Source of the DNA: Candidatus Poribacteria bacterium
Lineage (GTDB): Bacteria > Poribacteria > WGA-4E > JAJDTR01
Length of the DNA stretch: 64,000 bases
Direction of reading: 5' to 3'
NCBI GenBank assembly: GCA_965208765.1
Contig: OZ242354.1
Coordinates: forward strand, 1,058,331-1,122,330
A model generated the notes under the pieces. That model saw only the letters and a list, made by a program, of their open reading frames with translations. It did not search any database and was not told where the DNA came from. Shown piece by piece: positions 48,778 to 56,790 of this stretch. Both the position numbers and the translations under genes were made by a program. Numbering within the stretch: position 1 is the stretch's first letter; the number at the start of each line of letters is the position of its first letter.

Positions 48778-50170
48778 AGTTCAAAAAGTGAAAAGTGCAC
48801 GGCTTCTCACGGGTTCGGTAGGTAAAACCCTTGTCTCGCTTGCCATTCCTATGGGTTTGGGTCTCGTGACGATTTTCCTTTTTAATATCGTCGACACATT
48901 CTACGTTGGGCAATTGGGCGCAAAACCGTTAGCTGCAATGGGCTTCACCTTTCCGGTTACTTACATCGTGATGAGTGTCGCCATGGGATTCAGCGTTGGG
49001 GCATCATCGACCATCTCGAGAGCCATTGGCGAGGGACAGCAAGACAAGGTTCGAAGGCTAGCGACTGACGTAGTCGGCCTATCATTTCTTATCGTCACGC
49101 TTTTTGCCATGATTGGGTTGACGAGTTTGCGGGGAATCTTTACCCTCATGGGAGCTGACGATGAAACACTTGGACTGATTTCGGACTATATGATACCGTG
49201 GTTTCTGGGCGTGGGATTACTCGGTATTCCAATCGTCAGCAACGGCGCCATCCGAGCTACGGGAGATACCAAATCCCCAGCGGTAATTATGGCGATCGCC
49301 GGACTAGTGAACATCGTATTGGATCCATTTCTTATATTTGGTATCGGTCCTTTTCCACGGTTGGAACTCCGTGGCGCGGCTCTTGCCAGCGTGATTTCTT
49401 GGAGCCTAACATTTGCTGCGACGATCTGGATTTTGGGTAAGCGCGAGCGGATGATTGGACTCCCATTGTTCGATGCGAAGCGAAGCCTTGAATCGTGGAG
49501 GCAGATTCTGCGCATCAGTCTGCCTGCGGCGGGCACAAATATACTTGAGCCGCTTTCACTGGCGGTCTTGACACGAATGGTTGTCCAATTTGGGGAGGAA
49601 GCAGTTGCCGCCTTTGGTGTCGGCAGTCGAATCGAATCACTCGCATTGATTGGTGTTGCCGCTTTGTCAATAGCGGTTTCGCCATTTGTCGGTCAAAACT
49701 TCGGTGCAGGGAACTGTGATCGCATTCGAGCTGCGCTTCGATTTGGTTTGAGATTCTCTATGGGGTGGGGAATTGTAATCTTCGTGATTCTATTCTCATT
49801 TGCAGAGGTTATTGCACCTGTTTTCAATGACGACCCGGCAGTAATTACGTCTGCAGCGCTTTTCCTGATGATTCTTCCGATCAGTTACGGATTCCTTGGT
49901 ATTTCGTGGATGGTAAATTCGACCTTTAATGCCTTGAATCAACCGTTGCGGGCTTCAGTCGTCATCCTGCTTCATCTCTTTGCATTCGTGTTGCCGTTAG
50001 CCTATTTGGGTTCAAGGTTAAGAGGACTGAAAGGACTTTTCATAGGCATGACATTCGGACATGTGCTTGTGGGAATTTCAGCGTACCTAATGGCGCATAA
50101 ATCGCTTACAAAAGTCGAATCCGAGATTCAGACACCGATTACAGAGGATGCTGAATCGCTTCCTAGTTAG
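48764..50170 (+). CDS. MATE-family efflux transporter
   Basis: LAIPMGLGLVTIFLFNIVDTFYVGQLG... with 12 TM segments. Start chosen at MDSGKVQKV, overlapping the ubiD-like stop by 14 nt; the track ORF start at 48587 lies inside the upstream gene. Confidence 0.82.
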   Translation: MDSGKVQKVKSARLLTGSVGKTLVSLAIPMGLGLVTIFLFNIVDTFYVGQLGAKPLAAMGFTFPVTYIVMSVAMGFSVGASSTISRAIGEGQQDKVRRLATDVVGLSFLIVTLFAMIGLTSLRGIFTLMGADDETLGLISDYMIPWFLGVGLLGIPIVSNGAIRATGDTKSPAVIMAIAGLVNIVLDPFLIFGIGPFPRLELRGAALASVISWSLTFAATIWILGKRERMIGLPLFDAKRSLESWRQILRISLPAAGTNILEPLSLAVLTRMVVQFGEEAVAAFGVGSRIESLALIGVAALSIAVSPFVGQNFGAGNCDRIRAALRFGLRFSMGWGIVIFVILFSFAEVIAPVFNDDPAVITSAALFLMILPISYGFLGISWMVNSTFNALNQPLRASVVILLHLFAFVLPLAYLGSRLRGLKGLFIGMTFGHVLVGISAYLMAHKSLTKVESEIQTPITEDAESLPS

Positions 50171-50282
50171 AAGGGAATTGCAACGGGCGCGCGGTATATG
50201 GATGATTCGGAACGGAGGAGAACGGAAGTAAGGTTGGTGGCCGTCACTGATTCTCGGCGGGGGCGGTGTCCGACGTTGAATC

Positions 50283-50612
50283 TTAAGACTTCGTTTCGGA
50301 GTCGCTCTTTGGCGTTGCCGGAGAGGGATTTTGCGCTGCGCGGACGTAAATCATTCTCAGATTATACAGCGTGCCCTCTAGAAATTCGCCCTCGGAAGCG
50401 GTAAGATTGCCCTGAGTTTTCTCCTTGAGAAGTTCAATCGTATCAATCATGCGCCTCGCCATTCCCAGATCGACTGCTACATCATCGTTCTCCGAGGTCC
50501 GCAATTGCCCCAAATGTGCAGAAGCCGCTAGTGCAAACTCGGAAATTAGAGAAGTGAAATTAACGGGCGGTAATTGCGGTTCCTCCTTTTGAACAGTCTC
50601 TTTTTCTGCCAT
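50283..50612 (-). CDS. DUF1844-family protein
   Basis: PPVNFTSLISEFALAASAHLGQ...IDTIELLKEKTQGNLTASEGEFLEGTLYNLRMIYV matches the DUF1844 pattern. Confidence 0.65.
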   Translation of the reverse strand: MAEKETVQKEEPQLPPVNFTSLISEFALAASAHLGQLRTSENDDVAVDLGMARRMIDTIELLKEKTQGNLTASEGEFLEGTLYNLRMIYVRAAQNPSPATPKSDSETKS

Positions 50613-50736
50613 GGACTTCACATTTTTTCAATAGTTGTGCGCAGGACTAACAGGACATCTTGAGTGCGATATGCTGCGAACCGGCGGTAACTTGCATCTA
50701 CTTTTCTGAGGAGGATTTCCGGCTTCTCTTGGACAG

Positions 50737-51108
50737 TTAATCATCGCCGAAAACGATTATTTGCGTCATCAATGATCCTGCTTGGTTATTATTTTCCCGA
50801 TTTTCATTCATTGCGAGGAAGATTACCCCGTCGGCGGGGGCAGGATTGTCATAACGTGAACCCACCGCAAAAATAACATCGTCGATCTTGGCGAGTAGAG
50901 CGCCAATATTTGCGCCGGGAAAGAGATAACCCTCTCCGCCAGGGCTGTTTGCAACCCCCTCGCCTCCGCACCAACCGATACGATTTCCCAGATCGGGAGA
51001 CCATGCCCCTTCTGTATCAATGACAAGCCGCTGCCCCTTTTTTATGCGTACGTATGATTCCTGCCACTCAGGACTTGGACGCGCTGTCCGAATTACTGTT
51101 AATGCCAC
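50737..51108 (-). CDS. Hypothetical protein, possibly a PA-IL/LecA-like beta-sandwich
   Basis: 123 aa. GAWSPD...GWCGGEG...PGANIGALLAKID...FAVGS...GVIFLAMNEN...NNQAGS resembles the LecA-like domain pattern. The functional call is weak. Confidence 0.45.
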   Translation of the reverse strand: MALTVIRTARPSPEWQESYVRIKKGQRLVIDTEGAWSPDLGNRIGWCGGEGVANSPGGEGYLFPGANIGALLAKIDDVIFAVGSRYDNPAPADGVIFLAMNENRENNNQAGSLMTQIIVFGDD

Positions 51109-51463
51109 TAATGCCTCCTTCTACGGTGTTCTAGGCTAAACCATGTATTCAGCCGCACGATTCAATTAGCATGGCGCAGCACCTAGCGATTTGGAGCGGG
51201 TACGAAGTCGTTTATCACCCGCCTGTTGCCACTGCGTCTACCAGTAGTTTACCAATAGCGCGGCTTCGTACTTAGCACCTGTCCGCACGATTCGAATGCC
51301 AACCGATCCATGTAACAGCGTGCGTTCAACATTACTAAAGTGCGAAACTGTCACACTTAGAGCCTAGTTTAGCTTCGAAGGTTGACTGCGCCGCTAATAA
51401 TGCCCGCGGTCCAACTTTGAAGGAAACCTGCGAGGCGTGCAGCTAAGGATTACTAATAGTCGG

Positions 51464-52060
51464 CTATTCTTTCGGATTGAGCGTTGCGGACACAATCTTG
51501 TCGTTCTGCTCAATCTTGTCTAGTACATCTATTCCGTTGATGACTCTTCCAAATATTGTGTGAGGTTCGTCGGTCTCAAGAGTGTCAAGACAGATGTAGA
51601 ACTCTGAAGCATGAGATTCTACACCATCTCCCGCCATTGCAACCGCCCCTCTTTTGTACTGCTGGCTGCTTGTCTCAAGCGTCATGGTTTCATTTAGTCG
51701 TGCGGATCCCGCTTGAATAAGCTGCCCCGCCTCGACACGATGAAAGGGTTCGCCATCGTAGAATTTCAGTCGCACGTTCTTCGCAAAGTTTTTGGCGGTT
51801 TGCGGAGCATCGTCGGCATAAAACTCTATCTCTATATCGCCTTTATCGGTCTTGATGAGAGCCGTGACAGTTCGGATATTAACCTCTGGCGGCTTTTCTC
51901 GTGGAGCTGATTGAACTCTAGTCGTGCGCGCTCTAGGTTTTGGCGCTTCTTTTCGCTCCTGCGTGCAACTCGCCAAAACTACGGTAGTGAAGAGCACAAT
52001 AATACAAATAACAGAAAGGTAGATGACACCGCTTGTGTGATTGCTATTCGGATTTGACAT
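51464..52060 (-). CDS. Cyclophilin-type peptidyl-prolyl isomerase lipoprotein, divergent copy
   Basis: Lipobox-like VLASC. FHRVEAGQLIQAG...GAVAMAG...ASEFYICL...TIFGRVINGIDVLDKI. The usual GGDP / G-G-G segment is not conserved. Confidence 0.75.
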   Translation of the reverse strand: MSNPNSNHTSGVIYLSVICIIVLFTTVVLASCTQERKEAPKPRARTTRVQSAPREKPPEVNIRTVTALIKTDKGDIEIEFYADDAPQTAKNFAKNVRLKFYDGEPFHRVEAGQLIQAGSARLNETMTLETSSQQYKRGAVAMAGDGVESHASEFYICLDTLETDEPHTIFGRVINGIDVLDKIEQNDKIVSATLNPKE

Positions 52061-52643
52061 AGTCTGATCTCCCCTCCAATTTTACGGTCTTCATAACGTC
52101 GCCGACTCTAAGTCTGTCGACGACATCCATGCCTTTAATCACTTGTCCGAATGTTGTGTACCGACCGTCGAGACTCGGTTGTGGTTTGAAACAAATGTAG
52201 AACTGACTTCCCGCGGAATTCGGCGCACCGGTGTGTGCCATTGCAATTGTTCCTCTGAGATGGGGTCGTTGGTTGGGGTTGGTATACTCATCAATAATGG
52301 TATGACCGGGGCCGCCCGTGCCATCTCCGTTTGGATCACCTCCTTGAATGATGCTCAAGATCTCTGTGTTTTCTCTACGATGAAAAGTAAGACCATCATA
52401 AAATCGCTGTCTAACCAAGTTCTTGAAATTCTCGACTGCAACCGGAGCAGAATCGAAGTGAAATTCAATAACGAATTCTCCTTGCCTTGTTTTGACCACA
52501 GCTACTTGTTCTACTTGCGCGTCAACTGGCTCGTTGGCACTTTGGCGCATAGCACATCCTATCATGAAGCTCCAAGACAGAACCAGCAGCGTGACACCCC
52601 TCGTCCAATGATGAATTCGCGTGCATTTCCCTGTTCTACTCAT
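52044..52643 (-). CDS. Cyclophilin-type peptidyl-prolyl isomerase lipoprotein
   Basis: Lipobox-like FMIGC. FHRRENTEILSIIQGGDPNGDGTGGPG...GTIAMAHTGAPNSAGSQFYICF...TTFGQVIKGMDVVDRL. Overlaps the next gene by 17 nt. Confidence 0.82.
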   Translation of the reverse strand: MSRTGKCTRIHHWTRGVTLLVLSWSFMIGCAMRQSANEPVDAQVEQVAVVKTRQGEFVIEFHFDSAPVAVENFKNLVRQRFYDGLTFHRRENTEILSIIQGGDPNGDGTGGPGHTIIDEYTNPNQRPHLRGTIAMAHTGAPNSAGSQFYICFKPQPSLDGRYTTFGQVIKGMDVVDRLRVGDVMKTVKLEGRSDYVKSE

Positions 52644-52746
52644 TCCTAAATTTGCTTTGTTATCCTTTATTTGCAAGCAGCGATTCAACTCGAAAAAAGT
52701 CGGTCAAACCAGTCTAATCATTTGGTCGTACTGGTTAAGCCGAATG

Positions 52747-53550
52747 CTACACATTGACGTGGCATCCGTTATTCATAACGAGGGGAAAAGCCGCCCCCGA
52801 CAATTTTTGACCATTCGGGACCGTGACAAAAGGCTTCATGGGATGGTTGCCGTTAGCGTCATATAGCGTTTCACTCGTCATATAATGAATTCCGATGGCG
52901 CGGCGTGGGTTTCCGCTCGAGTTTGCGTGAGAACCGTGCCAAGTTAAGGAGTGGTGGTAGTGCACGTGGCCTTTACGCACAGGGCACAACTTAACCTCAA
53001 TATCGTTGCCTTCGAAACTGGAAGGCATCTCATCCAACTCCTTGACCGTATGCAAAAACTCAATTTGATTGCCCCAACAATAGGATTGTGCAACCATTCG
53101 CATGCAGCCGTTTGACTCGGTTACATCATCCAAAGCGACCCATGCCGTTACCTGGCTTGTCTTTGGGCTTAGGATTGGCCAATATGGAGAGTCTTGATGC
53201 CATGAATTGACGCCGCCTACCTCGGCAGGTTTATACTGAATCTGGTCGTGCCAAACGCGTAGTTCCTCTGCTCCAGTCAACTGTGCAATCTCTTCTACGA
53301 TTTTTGGATCGTGAACCAACCGGCGAAAGGCTTTGCTCGCTTGCCAAATATTAACTATTTGCCAGACGGGAAGCGTTTCATCACGAGAGAGATTAACAAT
53401 TCTCACGGGCTGCGGAACAGGTGCGTCTTGATCCTCAATTACTCGCGCAAGCTCGTCTTGCAACACGCCAACTTCTTCAGTGTCCAAGATCCTTCCGCCA
53501 AGCAGAAAACCGTTTAAACGAAACTCTTCAACTTGAGCTTCGCTGAGCAT
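52747..53550 (-). CDS. Phytanoyl-CoA dioxygenase (PhyH) family protein
   Basis: MLSEAQVEEFRLNGFLL..., HxD motif (SWHQDSPYW), distal His (LTWHGSHAN). Confidence 0.85.
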   Translation of the reverse strand: MLSEAQVEEFRLNGFLLGGRILDTEEVGVLQDELARVIEDQDAPVPQPVRIVNLSRDETLPVWQIVNIWQASKAFRRLVHDPKIVEEIAQLTGAEELRVWHDQIQYKPAEVGGVNSWHQDSPYWPILSPKTSQVTAWVALDDVTESNGCMRMVAQSYCWGNQIEFLHTVKELDEMPSSFEGNDIEVKLCPVRKGHVHYHHSLTWHGSHANSSGNPRRAIGIHYMTSETLYDANGNHPMKPFVTVPNGQKLSGAAFPLVMNNGCHVNV

Positions 53551-53642
53551 CTTTGCATTCCCTCCGCTGATGATATGTGACTATATTAGCACATAATCGA
53601 AGTGTGGTAAAGCAAAATCTACCGATGCGTGGAATGCCCGGT

Positions 53643-54202
53643 CAGGGGAAACGCATCTAAAATCGCTCAATCGCTCTCGCGTTAAAACCAACCATGGGAA
53701 CTGTTTTCAACTTCATGGTTTCTCACCTCTACAGCGACATCGGAGCGAAAGGCGTAGAAAATCAGCAAGTGCTCTCATTTCTTTGACTGCCATTCGTCGC
53801 TTGAGCATTCGAAAATGTGAACAAAATGTTAATCCACCACCCTTTTTGGGGGGGAATCGGCTGAACTTGTACCTAGTATTTATGTAAAAATAGACGACAA
53901 AAATAGGTACAAAATGTGAACAGGGGCTTGATTTCGTGGGAGTGTTCACATGGTTTGATTCAATACTTTCCTTTGATAGCGCGGGTTCATCTGCAGTCAA
54001 ATGTGAACAAGATGTTAACAGGAAAAAAAGATTGTTGTTACGCAGGTCAATTTTGGGTAGTAAAAAGCTAAAGCACCGACTTGTTGGAACACAGATAATC
54101 GGGGATGGGACGTAGCGCATCACTCCACCGCTCATCTTTTCGTTCCATATCATACTATACACGTGTAAAGTTGTCAATGCAAAATCAGATGCGTTTCCCC
54201 TG
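53643..54202. mobile_element. 560-bp MITE-like element of the CAGGG-ended family (copy B) with perfect 16-bp TIRs and a 10-bp target-site duplication
   Basis: Left terminus CAGGGGAAACGCATCT (53643..53658). Right terminus AGATGCGTTTCCCCTG (54187..54202). The two are perfect reverse complements. Flanked by a perfect direct repeat AATGCCCGGT at 53633..53642 and 54203..54212. No transposase-like ORF inside. Confidence 0.85.
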
Positions 54203-54221
54203 AATGCCCGGTTAAAATGAG

Positions 54222-54250
54222 TTGACAGCAGGCTACCTATGAAGTATAAT
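54222..54250 (+). promoter_or_regulatory. Consensus sigma70 promoter for the trpS leader
   Basis: TTGACA (54222..54227), 17 nt, TATAAT (54245..54250). Confidence 0.6.
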
Positions 54251-54416
54251 AGGCAACGCGCTATCATTACATTCAGATGGCTTTCAATCTCCTATGTTGG
54301 GTTTTAACTTCTCCGTTAACAACGTTTCATTTTTCACTCGGCTTTGGCGCTGTGCCTGCGGTTGGGAGGTGCGACTGGAGAATTGAGACTGAATTTATAG
54401 CTCGCTAGAACTTCAA

Positions 54417-54452
54417 AAGCCGCAGGTAACCTAATACCCGCGGCTTTTTTGT
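54417..54452 (+). terminator. Leader (attenuator-type) intrinsic terminator upstream of trpS
   Basis: GCCGCaGG / CCcGCGGC stem with a 10-nt loop, followed by TTTTTTGTTT. It lies about 55 nt upstream of the trpS ATG and about 200 nt downstream of the promoter. Confidence 0.6.
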
Positions 54453-54507
54453 TTCCAATGGTCCGAACGTGCCCATCACCACGCAACGGAAGATTCAAGG
54501 AGAGAAA

Positions 54508-55503
54508 ATGAATCGTATTGCTTTAACGGGAATCAAGCCCACAGGGGCACCGCATATCGGCAACTACCTTGGCATGATTAAACCCGCACTAGAATTAGCC
54601 CGCGAGCATCAAGCGCTCTACTTCTTGGCTGATTACCACGCGTTGACAACAGTGAAGAGTCGAGATCGGCTGATTCAGCTGACTTATGAGGTTGCGGCTG
54701 CGTGGGTAGCTTTGGGCTTAAATCCCGATAAGGTCATATTTTACCGCCAGTCAGACGTAATTGAAGTGTTTGAGTTGACATGGATTCTGCACTGTTTCGC
54801 CGCTAAAGGCTTGCTCAATCGGGCTCACGCATACAAAGCCGTTGTAGATGAAAACGTTAATGCGGGGCGGGATCCCGATAAGCAAATAAACATGGGACTA
54901 TTCAACTATCCCGTGCTTATGGCTGCGGACATATTGCTATACGGGAGCCATGTTGTTCCAGTCGGTTTAGATCAGAAACAGCATCTTGAGATGACGCGGG
55001 ACATTGCTTCGGCATTTAATAAGAATTACGGGAACATCTTAGTGCTTCCTGAGGCATCAATCAAAGAGGAGGTCATGACAATACCGGGTACCGACGGGCG
55101 TAAGATGAGTGCTAGTTACAACAACACCCTTCCCGTTTTCGCGCCTCCGAAAGAGTTGCGAAAACAGGTGATGCGAATCGTTACAGATTCCAAGCGACCG
55201 GAGGAACCGAAGGATCCTGAATTGTGCAACGTGTTTGCAATCTATCGTCATTTTGCTTCTCCGGATCTCGTTGAATCAACACGTCAAAGGTATACTCAAG
55301 GCGGCCTAGCATATGGCGAGATCAAAGCGGAACTATTTGACTTGCTTGAGTCTACATTTGGAGGCGCACGCGAGAGATACAACGAGTTACTGGCGGATCG
55401 AGATGGAATTGACCAAATCTTAATGAGAGGGGCGGAGGAAGCGCACGCCATTGCCCTACCGATTATCAAGAAAGTACGTCAAGCCGTTGGAGTTGCAAAG
55501 TAG
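54508..55503 (+). CDS. trpS: Tryptophan--tRNA ligase
   Basis: GIKPTGAPHIGNYLG (HIGH-type), KMSAS (KMSKS-type), and overall TrpS pattern. AAGGAG RBS precedes the ATG at 54508. Confidence 0.92.
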   Translation: MNRIALTGIKPTGAPHIGNYLGMIKPALELAREHQALYFLADYHALTTVKSRDRLIQLTYEVAAAWVALGLNPDKVIFYRQSDVIEVFELTWILHCFAAKGLLNRAHAYKAVVDENVNAGRDPDKQINMGLFNYPVLMAADILLYGSHVVPVGLDQKQHLEMTRDIASAFNKNYGNILVLPEASIKEEVMTIPGTDGRKMSASYNNTLPVFAPPKELRKQVMRIVTDSKRPEEPKDPELCNVFAIYRHFASPDLVESTRQRYTQGGLAYGEIKAELFDLLESTFGGARERYNELLADRDGIDQILMRGAEEAHAIALPIIKKVRQAVGVAK

Positions 55504-55603
55504 ATTCACGGTCTAGTCGGAGATTGAAGCTATCGCCTAGATGGAACGGGCACATACTACCAACCCAAGATGACCGAGGACAATCACGTTCGTAGGCGGT
55601 AAG

Positions 55604-56371
55604 ATGATTGCACTGATAGCGAAAGAGTTGCGTTACTATGCAAGCCAAAGAAAATTCAGGCGGACTCAACTAATCATAATTGGTTTGCTTTCTCTGGTTC
55701 TTTTATTTGCCGCGTTCGAGCTATTTTCGTACGCACAAACGGGCGCACAAATTGATGTTGGCTACGGCATATACTCAATACTGGTGATAGCTTTTTTCAT
55801 AGTGTTGCTGAGTCTTGTCGTGCCGCTTCAAGCAATGGAAGCCGTACAGATTGAGAATGTTGGCGATAATCTCGACATTCTCAATTTAACCCTGCTTAGC
55901 ATCTATAGGCGATTGACCGTTAAACTCGTCGCTTCCATTATTACCGCCCTTTGGTCCATTTCGCTCGCCACTCCCCTATTTGGGTTGTCGATCTATTGCG
56001 GCGGTTTAACTATTAATCAACTGTCCAAATGTTTGTTGGTGTATATCGCGTGCATATCGCTATTTTCTATGATCGGCATGTGCTTTGCCCTTGCGGCGAA
56101 CTCTATTCAGGCTAGGGCGCGGAGCTTCTCGACAGTCCTGCTCATCACCTTCCTTCCGCTGATCTCATCCGCGGTGCTTCCACTTGATGAAAATCTATTA
56201 AACCTGCTAAATCCCCTGAGCCCTTTGAGTGTTCTGTTGTCCATTATTGGATGGCATTCAAACGCATTCATAATGGGTTCCCCGCTATGGATATGGATGG
56301 TGTGCGTCTATGTGGCGGCATCTACGATTCTGCTTTGGCTTGCAACGAAACGGCATGTCAGTACGGCTTGA
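55604..56371 (+). CDS. Hypothetical polytopic membrane protein (ABC-2 permease-like N-terminus)
   Basis: 255 aa with about 6 TM segments. The MIALIAKELRYYASQRKF start resembles ABC-2 permeases. No partner ATPase is adjacent. Confidence 0.5.
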   Translation: MIALIAKELRYYASQRKFRRTQLIIIGLLSLVLLFAAFELFSYAQTGAQIDVGYGIYSILVIAFFIVLLSLVVPLQAMEAVQIENVGDNLDILNLTLLSIYRRLTVKLVASIITALWSISLATPLFGLSIYCGGLTINQLSKCLLVYIACISLFSMIGMCFALAANSIQARARSFSTVLLITFLPLISSAVLPLDENLLNLLNPLSPLSVLLSIIGWHSNAFIMGSPLWIWMVCVYVAASTILLWLATKRHVSTA

Positions 56372-56594
56372 TCCTCTTCACAGGTTGAGGTATCAGCGAA
56401 ACTGTGCGCTACTGCCACCCACGCGGACGTAGCATTCTCATCTGCGAGCCTCCGTAAGTACCACGTCGCTTCCTAACAATGATTGACATTCCGTCAAGGT
56501 TGAAAGAGCACCAATGGCGAGCCCTTTCGTGTTCGTCAGCATTGCCTGAATCGGTACACTGGTGAAGTCAGCTGTGAAGACTTCTGAGTATCTC

Positions 56595-56623
56595 TTGCAA
56601 TCATTTTTTCAGGCAGGTATAAT
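56595..56623 (+). promoter_or_regulatory. Near-consensus sigma70 promoter upstream of the alginate-export-family gene
   Basis: TTGCAA (56595..56600), 17 nt, TATAAT (56618..56623). It leaves a leader of about 160 nt. Confidence 0.5.
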
Positions 56624-56790
56624 GATGCTCGTTACCACACCGTCAGTGTGTTGAGGTAAATTGGGTCAACTATATCCACGAAGCGCCCGGTTGTAAACTC
56701 GCTTGAGGGCGTTGTAGCGGTTGAGTAGACACCCGTCCGGTTAATGACGGTTCAAGTCCGTAACTCATTGGAATTGCAAAGATCTGTATA

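Noticed and set aside
53713-54267. 184-aa minus-strand ORF, and the 108-aa ORF at 4768..5094, which share short peptide matches (SIES..VNTP.K, LF.LL.S.S.LT)
   Set aside because: Both lie inside copies of the MITE-like element. The similarity is explained by about two-thirds nucleotide identity, with substitutions spread over all codon positions by eye. The sequences are low-complexity with no recognisable motif or RBS, so I treat them as non-coding.
54251-54452. Calling the trpS leader a T-box riboswitch
   Set aside because: I could not identify by eye the conserved T-box 14-mer, the AG bulge/GA motif or a clear specifier loop. I report it only as an attenuator-type leader pending an Infernal scan.
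56733-56768. Possible tRNA or tmRNA 3' end suggested by GGTTCAAGTCC
   Set aside because: I could not build an acceptor stem, D arm or anticodon arm around it. There is no CCA or matching 5' strand, and the GACGG is better used in a local hairpin with CCGTC. It is kept only as part of the leader finding.
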